Origin: Actinomycetota bacterium
GTDB taxonomy: Bacteria; Actinomycetota; CADDZG01; WHSQ01
Reading direction: 5' to 3'
Length of the DNA: 64,000 nt
NCBI GenBank assembly: GCA_050694275.1
Contig: JBOGXF010000053.1
Location: 8,382 to 72,381 of the forward strand
Notes under the pieces: model-generated
Databases searched by the model: none
What the model was told of the DNA's origin: nothing
The model's input: the letters and a program-made list of their open reading frames with translations, nothing else
Position numbers and translations under genes: made by a program
In this document: positions 9,555-16,703 of the stretch, piece after piece
Position numbering within the stretch: position 1 is the stretch's first letter
Layout: the number at the start of each line of letters is the position of its first letter

Positions 9555-9602
9555 AGTTAGGTATGCCTAACTCTACCCTGCGTATTAACGTTTTCCCTGC
9601 TC
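9555..9602. promoter_or_regulatory. Candidate operator/promoter module upstream of sufB: palindrome AGTTAGG-TATG-CCTAACT (9555-9572), 18 nt, then TTTTCCCTGCTC (9591-9602)
   Basis: Perfect 7-bp inverted arms, 51 nt upstream of the sufB start. The bipartite architecture matches 1944-1991. On the coding strand, a -10-like TAGAGT overlaps the left edge of the palindrome. Confidence 0.6.
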
Positions 9603-9636
9603 GTAAAGCCTAAACACGTGCCCGGCGCCCATTGTT

Positions 9637-9723
9637 CCCCGGCCTGAGTTGCGAGGTACATGGCGCACAATTATCGGCGGTCATGTACCCCGCTTCGCCC
9701 GGCCCGAGTTGCGAGGTACTTGG
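9637..9723. repeat. Two 27-bp imperfect direct repeats (CCCGGCC[T/C]GAGTTGCGAGGTAC[A/T]TGG core) separated by 33 bp
   Basis: Copies at 9637-9663 and 9697-9723, with a 60-bp period. The spacer contains a 7-bp inverted repeat, GTACATG..CATGTAC. The repeats lie between the LmbE-type gene stop and the sufB promoter. Confidence 0.7.
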
Positions 9724-9727
9724 GTGG

Positions 9728-10549
9728 CTACTCGTCTCGGCGGCGAACCGGGGCCGCGGCGGGGTTGATCGGGGGCCGGGCGAGCTCGATGTCGCCCTCG
9801 TCCCACTCGTCCTCACCGTGAAAGCCGGGGCCCTCGGAGATCACCTGGAAGGTCTCCGCGTGCGCGTAGCCGTGGGGCTTCCCCGCCTTCGCCGTCCATT
9901 CCCGGACCAGGCTTGCGATGCGGTCGGCATCGTCTCCCACCTGGCTCTCGTGGCACAGCAATGCCACAGTCTTCTTCTCGATCGTCGCGGAGATATCCGA
10001 CGCCACCGGCTTCGCTCCGGGGCCGGTGATCCAGAGCTCCCGCAGTCCCCGCCACGGCTCGAGACCTTCGTCCAGGAGTTCCGGGAAGATGCCGGGAGTG
10101 GTTCCTGCCGACATCGAGACATCGAGCGACGCCTGTCCGATCGCACGATGGTCGGGATGGTTGACGAAGCGATCCTCGATCGTCGGGCCGACGTCCATCA
10201 CGACGAACCTGTGGGGGCGCGCACGGCGGAAGACACGTGCGATGTCCCGTCGCAGGTCGAGCGTGTACTCGACCACGCCGTCGTCGTAGCCGAGAAAGAC
10301 GACATCCTCGACCCCGACCGCTGCAGCGGCGCGCTGCGATTCGTCCCGCCGTATCCGCGCGAGCGGGGCGCCCATCAGCGAACGATCCTGTGTACCGGTT
10401 GAACCGTCGGTGACGATGCAGTAGGTGACCTCCGCGCCCGCCGCGGTCCAGGAAGCGACCGTTCCGGCGCAAGCGAACTCGATGTCGTCGGGATGAGCTG
10501 CGACGACGAGCGCTCTGAACGAAGGTCGGCGATTGCCTCCCGGGCTCAC
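9728..10549 (-). CDS. PIG-L/LmbE-family N-acetylglucosaminyl deacetylase
   Basis: Contains ALVVAAHPDDIEFACAG and ..FVNHPDHRAIG.. (AHPDD and HPDH motifs). The start is assigned to the GTG at 10547-10549, overlapping the upstream USP stop (GTGA). The longer track ORF (to 10858) overlaps the USP gene out of frame. Confidence 0.8.
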   Translation of the reverse strand: MSPGGNRRPSFRALVVAAHPDDIEFACAGTVASWTAAGAEVTYCIVTDGSTGTQDRSLMGAPLARIRRDESQRAAAAVGVEDVVFLGYDDGVVEYTLDLRRDIARVFRRARPHRFVVMDVGPTIEDRFVNHPDHRAIGQASLDVSMSAGTTPGIFPELLDEGLEPWRGLRELWITGPGAKPVASDISATIEKKTVALLCHESQVGDDADRIASLVREWTAKAGKPHGYAHAETFQVISEGPGFHGEDEWDEGDIELARPPINPAAAPVRRRDE

Positions 10550-11403
10550 GCGGTTCTGAGAATCAACACGTCGGTCGGGGCGTGATGCGACACGCGGTGA
10601 GGGACGTTGCCCAGGGCGAAGCGCTTCGCGCCGCTCATCCCCACGCTTCCGACCGCGATGAGATCGAAGCCTTCGGATTCCGCGAGCGCCAGAAGAGTCT
10701 CTGCCGGACTCCCCTCGATGGCACGCACCTCTGCGTCTGCGCCCTGTTTTGACGCGTGCTCGGTGGCGCGCTCGAGAACGTCCTCGGCCTGTGAGGCTGC
10801 TGCGATGCGCCACTTGAACTCCTCTGGAGTCTCGCGTTGGGAACGTCCCGCGCCCCATTGCTCCAGCGGATCACCGGACTTCTTCATCCGATTGAGCTCT
10901 TGCTCGGTGGGCGGCTCATAGACGCAAACGATCACCGGGGTTACCCGAAGCTTTGCAGCAAGCCCCGATGAGATGTCGACCGCCCGCATTGCGGTAGGCG
11001 AACCATCCGTGCCGATCAGCAGCCTCTGGTAGTCACCCACCTCCTTCGGCGGTGGATCGGTCTTGACGATCAGCAGATCGGTCGGGGCGTGATGCGACAC
11101 CTTGTTCGGGACGCTGCCCAGCAGGAACCGGCGGGCGCCACTCATCCCGACGCTCCCGACCACGAGCAGATCGGCATCGAGTTCCTCGGTCTGGGAGATG
11201 AGCACCTCGGCAGGTTGGCCCCGCACCGCAAGCGAATCCGCTCCGTACTCCTCGGCGAGCGATGTGAGCGATTCTCCCGGGTCGGGACCCGCATGCACCA
11301 GGGTCAGCTTCGCCCCGAGGCTGCGTGCGAGCCTCGCGGCTCGATCCGTCGCGACCTTCGCCGTGCGGGACAAGTCCGTTCCCGCAACGATCCTCTCGTA
11401 CAT
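10546..11403 (-). CDS. Universal stress protein, tandem USP domains
   Basis: 285 aa with two repeats of the USP fold (..IVAGTDLSRTA..LVVGSVGMSGARRFLLGSVPNKVSHHAPTDLLIV.. and ..LIAVGSVGMSGAKRFALGNVPHRVSHHAPTDVLIL..). Confidence 0.85.
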   Translation of the reverse strand: MYERIVAGTDLSRTAKVATDRAARLARSLGAKLTLVHAGPDPGESLTSLAEEYGADSLAVRGQPAEVLISQTEELDADLLVVGSVGMSGARRFLLGSVPNKVSHHAPTDLLIVKTDPPPKEVGDYQRLLIGTDGSPTAMRAVDISSGLAAKLRVTPVIVCVYEPPTEQELNRMKKSGDPLEQWGAGRSQRETPEEFKWRIAAASQAEDVLERATEHASKQGADAEVRAIEGSPAETLLALAESEGFDLIAVGSVGMSGAKRFALGNVPHRVSHHAPTDVLILRTA

Positions 11404-11433
11404 GCGTAACGCTCCCTTCCGGTGGTCTGCTCG

Positions 11434-11841
11434 TTACTCGCCTAGTTTGCGTATCGCCAGGGTGCAGCGTGCCACCGCGACCGCATTGCCGTCCTGGTCG
11501 TTGATGTCGACGGCCCACACATGGATCGATCGTCCCTTTCGAACGGGGGCCGCAGTCGCCGTCACCGTCCCGGACCGGCGCGCGCTCAGGTGGCTGATGT
11601 TGAGATCTATGCCGACGGCGTATTCGGTGCTCGGGTCGCAGTTCAGATACGCGCCCATCGACGCGGCCGATTCGGCCAGCACGGCAGACGCGCCACCATG
11701 CAGAAGCCCGAACGGCTGATGAACCCTGGGGGTAACATCCATCTCCAGCACGACCAGATCGGGTCCCGCCTCGATCACGCGGATGCCGAGTACCTCGAGA
11801 ATGGTGTTCTCGGCGCGGAGCACGGCCCGGAGGGGATCCAT
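11434..11841 (-). CDS. PaaI/YbdB-type hotdog-fold thioesterase
   Basis: 135 aa. The blocks ..VHQPFGLLHGGASAVLAESAASMGA.. and ..GTVTATAAPVRKGRSIHVWAVDI.. are typical of the 4HBT/PaaI family. Confidence 0.75.
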   Translation of the reverse strand: MDPLRAVLRAENTILEVLGIRVIEAGPDLVVLEMDVTPRVHQPFGLLHGGASAVLAESAASMGAYLNCDPSTEYAVGIDLNISHLSARRSGTVTATAAPVRKGRSIHVWAVDINDQDGNAVAVARCTLAIRKLGE

Positions 11842-11850
11842 GGCCGGATG

Positions 11851-12762
11851 CTACAGGGACTGGTCCCTCACCCGCTTTTTCATCGTGCGCTTATCCCGGT
11901 ACATGGCCTGGTCGGCCGCCGCGAGAAGCTCCTCGGAGGTCTCACCGTCGACGCCCGAGAGCGCAACTCCGACGCTGACCGTTACGAGTTGATTCGGCGC
12001 GCCCGGCAGCCCCTCCTCGAGAAGCATGGAACGCATGCGGTTGGACACGATCTGCGCTCCCGGCCGGTCCGCGTCCTTGAGGATGATCACGAACTCATCC
12101 CCACCGTAGCGCGCGACGCAGTCACTCGATCGCACGACTCGACGGAGCACGTTGGCGACCAGCTGGATGGCAGCCGATCCCGTCTGGTGACCGTGGCGGT
12201 CGTTGATCGCCTTCAGATCGTCGAGATCAACCACCATCAAGGCGAATGGCGCTTTGGTCGCCTCGAGCAGCGCGAGGTCGTCATAGAAGCGCGACACGTT
12301 CGCCACACGAGTCAGTGGATCAGTGCGCGCGAGCTCCTTGAGGCTCGACTGAACCGAATAGTGGGCCTCGGCAAACGCGCCCAGGACCGCGGCGATCAGG
12401 CCGTACAAAGCGAATCGGCTCGCCGCGATACCGGCGAGGAGGGCGGGGTCGAGCTGGCCCGCGGTCGCGCTCAAATAAACCGCGCCCAGGATCGAAGCGC
12501 AGAGCGCTACGAACACGCCCTCCCTCAGCCCCCCGGCGATAGCCGACACGGCAACGGGCACGACGAACATCCAGCCTGAGTCGAGATTCAGACGAGAAGG
12601 AGCGAGCTCGATGAATGCGGCGATGACGAGCATGGTGCCGATCGCGCCCAAGCGCACCGATCGCTGCTCGAGGACCGCCCGGAGCTGCTCGGTGATGAGC
12701 GCTCGAAAGTCCTTGCGCGACGGCGCAGTGTTATCGGCCAGCGGCGCTGCTTCGACCGCCAT
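11851..12762 (-). CDS. Membrane-anchored diguanylate cyclase (GGDEF domain)
   Basis: C-terminal GGDEF domain (..DPLTRVANVSRF.., ..RYGGDEFVIIL.., ..TVSVGVA..) and an N-terminal hydrophobic domain. The start is assigned to the ATG at 12760-12762, preceded by GGGAAGGA. The track ORF extends to 12825. Confidence 0.85.
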   Translation of the reverse strand: MAVEAAPLADNTAPSRKDFRALITEQLRAVLEQRSVRLGAIGTMLVIAAFIELAPSRLNLDSGWMFVVPVAVSAIAGGLREGVFVALCASILGAVYLSATAGQLDPALLAGIAASRFALYGLIAAVLGAFAEAHYSVQSSLKELARTDPLTRVANVSRFYDDLALLEATKAPFALMVVDLDDLKAINDRHGHQTGSAAIQLVANVLRRVVRSSDCVARYGGDEFVIILKDADRPGAQIVSNRMRSMLLEEGLPGAPNQLVTVSVGVALSGVDGETSEELLAAADQAMYRDKRTMKKRVRDQSL

Positions 12763-12857
12763 GTTTCCTTCCCTTGAACGGACTAGTGCACTGGGACTAG
12801 TCACCACGTCATATATCGGCAGCAAGGGCGGGAAGCTATAGGACCTACGATTGAGCC

Positions 12858-13076
12858 ATGGACGCGCGTTCGATCGGCACGATCGTCATGATCGTGGGAC
12901 TCGGGGCCCTGCTGGTCGGGGGCCTCATCCTGACCGGGGCGCTGAGCTGGTTTGGCCGGCTACCGGGCGACATCCGCATCGAGAACGAAGGGAGTCGCAT
13001 CTACATCCCGATCACGTCGATGTTGCTGATTTCGGCCGCGCTGACTCTGATCGTGAGTCTTTTCCGGCGCCTATAA
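12858..13076 (+). CDS. Small membrane protein, DUF2905-like
   Basis: 72 aa with two hydrophobic helices flanking the GRLPGDIRIE motif that I recall as characteristic of DUF2905. Confidence 0.6.
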   Translation: MDARSIGTIVMIVGLGALLVGGLILTGALSWFGRLPGDIRIENEGSRIYIPITSMLLISAALTLIVSLFRRL

Positions 13077-13133
13077 GTTTCGGCACTTTGACAACAGCGC
13101 ACGGCGAAGCCGCCTCTGGTCAAAGTGTCGAAA
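13076..13133 (+). repeat. 58-bp palindromic element, copy 1
   Basis: AGTTTCGGCACTTTGAC-N24-GTCAAAGTGTCGAAA. It matches 14228-14285 at 55 of 58 positions in the same orientation. The outer stem is about 15 bp, and there is an inner CGGC-GAA-GCCG hairpin. Confidence 0.85.
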
Positions 13134-13142
13134 AAACCGAGC

Positions 13143-14099
13143 TCAGGGAAGCGGGTTGGGAACCAGACTCGCGGTCGCCAGTGGAGCCCCGGCGATCTGC
13201 AGAATGCGATCGATGTCGGTCCCTGCAATGAACGCAGGCAGATATCTCGTCCCCACGACGAGGTGGGTGAGGTTCCCCACCGCGTCGCCGGCCGCGGCTC
13301 TGACTCCTGAGCCCGAGTCTCCCGGCGATGCGGCGCCGTCCCACCCGTATGCGTTCGCCTCGGTGCCTTCTTCTCCGAGCCACGTCACCACGCCGGGCCG
13401 GGCGGTCCCCCCGGTGCCCACGACGAGACCGTGACCGACGTGGAGGATCGGATCGGGGATGGCCGGGGACTTGGAGCCGGTCGGTCCGGCGACGATCGCC
13501 ATCGAGGGGTTCACGAACTCGACCATCTCCGGATATATCTCGATGAGGGCGAAGTCGTCGCCGATATCGTTGTCGACGCTCGTGACGGTTGTCCCGATGT
13601 TCATGATCACGCCGGGCAGAGCGAGGATTGTGACCTCTTCGCCGACCTCGGCGCAGTGACCGGCGGTGCCGATGTAGACGCCGGACTTCGAGGACTGCGG
13701 TCCCTTGCCCTTGCCGTTGCCGCCGCCGTTACCGTTCCCCGGGCCCGATGTGGTCGCGCCATCGGGGTCCCCAAACACGAAGTTGAGGGTGCACCCCGAG
13801 GGCGAGATCATCCACGAGCCGGGTCTGATACCGGTGAACAGCAGCGCGCTGTCGACCTCGACGCCTTCCGGAATCGGGATGCTCTTGCCCTGCTTGCCGG
13901 CTCGCACCGCGCGCTCGTGCAGCGCCGGTGTGTACCAATCCGGGGAGGGGGCCTTGAGCGGGATGGCGTATGCGCCGCCCCCGAGATCCACCGTGCCGTC
14001 CGGCAGCTTCCGGGCAACCTCGTCGGTGCTTGCCGGAGCTGCCGCGGTCACGGCGAACAAAGCGATCACGGCGGTCAGTACGGCAAGGCTACGGCGCAT
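13143..14099 (-). CDS. Secreted chymotrypsin-fold (S1, alpha-lytic-like) serine protease
   Basis: The catalytic triad context is GTAGHCAE (His), GDDFALIEI (Asp) and SPGDSGSGV (Ser). The signal peptide MRRSLAVLTAVIALFAVTAAAPAS is preceded by GAGGGGG. I chose the internal ATG at 14097-14099 of ORF 13143..14246. A Gly/Asn-rich insert GNGNGGGNGKGKG is present. Confidence 0.75.
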   Translation of the reverse strand: MRRSLAVLTAVIALFAVTAAAPASTDEVARKLPDGTVDLGGGAYAIPLKAPSPDWYTPALHERAVRAGKQGKSIPIPEGVEVDSALLFTGIRPGSWMISPSGCTLNFVFGDPDGATTSGPGNGNGGGNGKGKGPQSSKSGVYIGTAGHCAEVGEEVTILALPGVIMNIGTTVTSVDNDIGDDFALIEIYPEMVEFVNPSMAIVAGPTGSKSPAIPDPILHVGHGLVVGTGGTARPGVVTWLGEEGTEANAYGWDGAASPGDSGSGVRAAAGDAVGNLTHLVVGTRYLPAFIAGTDIDRILQIAGAPLATASLVPNPLP

Positions 14100-14227
14100 G
14101 AAACCCCCTCGGGTCATCGGTCGTGGCGGGATTCTTTGGTCACTGTTTGATACGAATTCGACTGTAACCGGGAAAGTTCCTTCCCCGGTACAGGACAAGC
14201 GAAACAAGGGAGGAGCCATGCTCAAGG

Positions 14228-14285
14228 AGTTTCGGCACTTTGACAACAGCGCGGGGCGAAGCCTCCTCTGGTCAAAGTGTCGAAA
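14228..14285 (+). repeat. 58-bp palindromic element, copy 2 (inside the 5' region of mscL)
   Basis: Same element as 13076-13133, offset 1152 bp. It differs at 14253, 14254 and 14264. The changes at 14254 and 14264 hit the two sides of one inner-stem base pair (C-G becomes G-U). Confidence 0.85.
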
Positions 14286-14684
14286 GTAAGGGAGTTCGTG
14301 ATGAGAGGAAACATCCTCGAGCTCGCCGTCGCATTCGTGATGGGGGTCGCGTTCGCGGCGGTAGTTCAGTCCTTCGTGAACGACGTCGTCATGAACCTCA
14401 TCGCGGCGATCTTCGGCGAGCCCGACTTCAGCGACCTCACTTTCGGGATCGGTGACGGCGTCATCGCCTACGGCGCGTTCCTGACCGCGCTCGCCAACTT
14501 CGTGCTCGTCGCCTTCGCGCTCTTCGTGATCCTCAAGGCGGCGGAGAGGGCAAAGTCGCTGCGCAAGACCGGTGCAGAGGCCCCCGCGACGACCAGGCCA
14601 TGCCCTTACTGCGTCACCGGCATCCCGGTCGAGGCGACGCGCTGCCCCGCCTGCACGAGCGACCTCAGCAGAGCTCCCGCCTGA
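14277..14684 (+). CDS. mscL: Large-conductance mechanosensitive channel MscL with a C-terminal CxxC..CxxC extension; start codon uncertain
   Basis: ..KVREFVMRGNILELAVAFVMGVAFAAVV.. matches the canonical MscL S1/TM1 region, and ..GAFLTALANFVLVAFALFVILK.. matches TM2. Possible starts are GTG 14277 (inside the repeat hairpin), or GTG 14298 / ATG 14301 behind the SD AAGGGAG. See the findings for the interrupted upstream start at 14218. Confidence 0.85.
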   Translation: MSKVREFVMRGNILELAVAFVMGVAFAAVVQSFVNDVVMNLIAAIFGEPDFSDLTFGIGDGVIAYGAFLTALANFVLVAFALFVILKAAERAKSLRKTGAEAPATTRPCPYCVTGIPVEATRCPACTSDLSRAPA

Positions 14685-14697
14685 ATCAAGCCGCGGG

Positions 14698-14976
14698 CTA
14701 TGGATAGTAAAGGGAGCGAATCTGCTGATCGAGCGCGTACTGCGCGTCCGCCTGAGCGCGAGCCGGGGGCTCCTCCTGTCCGCGCAGGACCTTCAGTGCG
14801 AGCTCGACCGAGCGCTCGTTGATCGCGCCGTAGCCGACGAACTGGAAGGGCTCGATCGCCTGCGGAAGCGACGTCCACGCGATCGGCGTCGTCGTGCACC
14901 CGAGACAGAACGGGTTGGCTCCGGGGCCGAACTCCGTGTGATCCGGCGCGCGCGGCTCCCCCGCCCAGTGGATCAC
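14698..14976 (-). CDS. Hypothetical 92-aa protein coupled by GTGA to the S8 peptidase gene (alternatively a frameshifted C-terminal extension of it)
   Basis: Strong GC3 coding signature through (M)IHWAGEPRAPDHTEFGPGANPFCLGCTTTPIAWTSLPQAIEPFQFVGYGAINERSVELALKVLRGQ.. The GTG at 14974-14976 overlaps the S8 stop TGA at 14973-14975, a junction type used repeatedly elsewhere in this window. Confidence 0.45.
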   Translation of the reverse strand: MIHWAGEPRAPDHTEFGPGANPFCLGCTTTPIAWTSLPQAIEPFQFVGYGAINERSVELALKVLRGQEEPPARAQADAQYALDQQIRSLYYP

Positions 14977-16118
14977 CCCGTCGTCTTTGCCCTCGGCCGG
15001 GTGGGATTGGCCGTGTGGAAATACAGGTCGGTGAACTCCTCGAGCGTGAACTCGCCGTCCGCGAGCGGCCCCTCCTTCACCACGCCCTTCCGCCCGCGGG
15101 CGATCACGCCATCTTTGATGCCCGAGGTGCGGTCCCCCAGTATCGCCCGCGCCTCCTGAATGATCGCGACCGCGCCCCCCGCTGCGTAAGGAGCGGCGGC
15201 GCTCGTGCAGCACGCGATCGGCGCGGGCCGCATCTTTTTCGTGCTGTCGCGGATGGCCGTGAAACCCGAGTAAGCGTCTGCGACGACATGCGGCGGCGAT
15301 CCCGACCACAGAGTCATCTTGCCGTTGTCGTGGCCGCCGACCAGGATCACTCCCGGAGGCGCGGTCGACAACACATAGGTCGGCGTGGGGGCCGCGCCCA
15401 TGATGTACGCGGTCCCGTTACCCGAGGCGGCAATCGTCACCATCTTCTCGGCTGCATGGGCGAACGCTTCCGGAGTTGAGCTGTTGGCCGGCGGGGGCAC
15501 GAGATTCAGCCAGGAGTTCGACTGGACGTCGATCCACCCCGCATCGGCCGCCCACCGCACACCCTGTTCTCCGAGGCCCTCGATCATCACGATGCGCGCG
15601 TCGGGCGCAAGCGAGCGTGGCGCCCCCGCGGCCCGCGACGACGTCATGGTCCCGTGGCCGTGATCGTCGAGGATCACGTGCTCGTTGCAGCCGCCGCCGG
15701 CGTTGACCGGCGGAGGAGAGTCGCTGGAGCAGGTACCGCCCGCGCCGAACGAGATGGCGCCGACGATCCTCGTTCCCGGTATCCAGTAAAGAATCCCGCG
15801 CCTGGCCCGCGCCCACACCGCGGCATCCTTCTCGACCGCTTCTTCATAGGGCGCATCCAGCGTCAGGCGGAGCGCCTCGGCGTCCTTTGGATAGCCCGGG
15901 ATGTACGTCGAGGGGTGCCTGCGAGCGAGCGCAGATCGGTCGCGGAAGGCGACGCTGTAGGGGTTGATACCGGCGTCGATCAGGGCGACAACGCCCAACG
16001 GCCCGGCCCCGGAGGACAGATTCTTCTTCTTCGCCTTCGCTACCGACGCGGCCGGGAGCGAGGCCCCCGCCGCCACGGCGAACGCCAGACTCGCCGCCAC
16101 AAGGATGCGAGATCGCAT
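14973..16118 (-). CDS. Secreted subtilisin-like (S8) serine peptidase
   Basis: The triad context is VALIDAGIN (Asp), DDHGHGTMTSS (His) and CCTSAAAPYAAG (Ser). The signal peptide is MRSRILVAASLAFAVAAGAS. The start is assigned to the ATG at 16116-16118, with an alternative GTG at 16145. Confidence 0.8.
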   Translation of the reverse strand: MRSRILVAASLAFAVAAGASLPAASVAKAKKKNLSSGAGPLGVVALIDAGINPYSVAFRDRSALARRHPSTYIPGYPKDAEALRLTLDAPYEEAVEKDAAVWARARRGILYWIPGTRIVGAISFGAGGTCSSDSPPPVNAGGGCNEHVILDDHGHGTMTSSRAAGAPRSLAPDARIVMIEGLGEQGVRWAADAGWIDVQSNSWLNLVPPPANSSTPEAFAHAAEKMVTIAASGNGTAYIMGAAPTPTYVLSTAPPGVILVGGHDNGKMTLWSGSPPHVVADAYSGFTAIRDSTKKMRPAPIACCTSAAAPYAAGGAVAIIQEARAILGDRTSGIKDGVIARGRKGVVKEGPLADGEFTLEEFTDLYFHTANPTRPRAKTTG

Positions 16119-16205
16119 GTTCGGAGCCCCCGATTCGCTCGTCACTCCTGTTAAGGGTTCGCTCTTCCGCCCCCCGCTTCCTGCGGCCGTCTAACCTTCT
16201 CGCCG

Positions 16206-16703
16206 ATGGATGTTCTCGACGCGGTCCCCGTCCTCCGCGACCTCCCCCCGGCGGTCGCCGTCGCGCTGGTCGCGATGTTGCCGATCGTCGAGTTGCGCGG
16301 CGCGATCCCAATCGGCTTCTTACTCGGCCTCGGCCCCCTCGAGAACTTCGCGGCGGCGGTGGTCGGCAACCTCATTCCCGTGCCCGCCCTCGTCTGGCTC
16401 CTGGACCCCGCCCAGCGGTGGCTCTCGGCCCATTCCCGCGCCTTCGCCCGCTTCTTTTCGTGGCTGTTTGCCCGCACGCGTACCAGGCACAGCGCACGCT
16501 ACGAACGATTCCGCGACGCCGCGCTGATCCTGTTCGTCGGCGTCCCGCTTCCCGGAACCGGCGCGTGGACGGGCGCGGCGGCCGCGTTCGTCTTCGGGAT
16601 CAAGGGCTGGAAGGCGTTCCTGTTGATCACGGTGGGCGTGGTGATAGCCGGTATCGCGGTAACCCTGTTCATCGAGACCGGAAGAGCCGTCGTCAACAGA
16701 TGA
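16206..16703 (+). CDS. Small multidrug-export-like membrane protein (COG2426 / Sm_multidrug_ex type)
   Basis: 165 aa with 4-5 TM segments. From memory, the motif LPIVELRGAIPIG.. and the later PLPGTGAWTGA are typical of this family. Confidence 0.6.
   Translation: MDVLDAVPVLRDLPPAVAVALVAMLPIVELRGAIPIGFLLGLGPLENFAAAVVGNLIPVPALVWLLDPAQRWLSAHSRAFARFFSWLFARTRTRHSARYERFRDAALILFVGVPLPGTGAWTGAAAAFVFGIKGWKAFLLITVGVVIAGIAVTLFIETGRAVVNR

Noticed and set aside
9637-9723. CRISPR-like geometry (27-bp repeats with a 33-bp spacer)
   Set aside because: There are only two imperfect copies, no further units and no cas genes in the window. It is reported only as a direct-repeat pair.
14973-14995. Calling the S8 peptidase a pseudogene
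   Set aside because: The catalytic domain is intact up to the stop. The downstream frame can be explained by a GTGA-coupled separate ORF, as seen at many other junctions in this window. The frameshift remains only an alternative.
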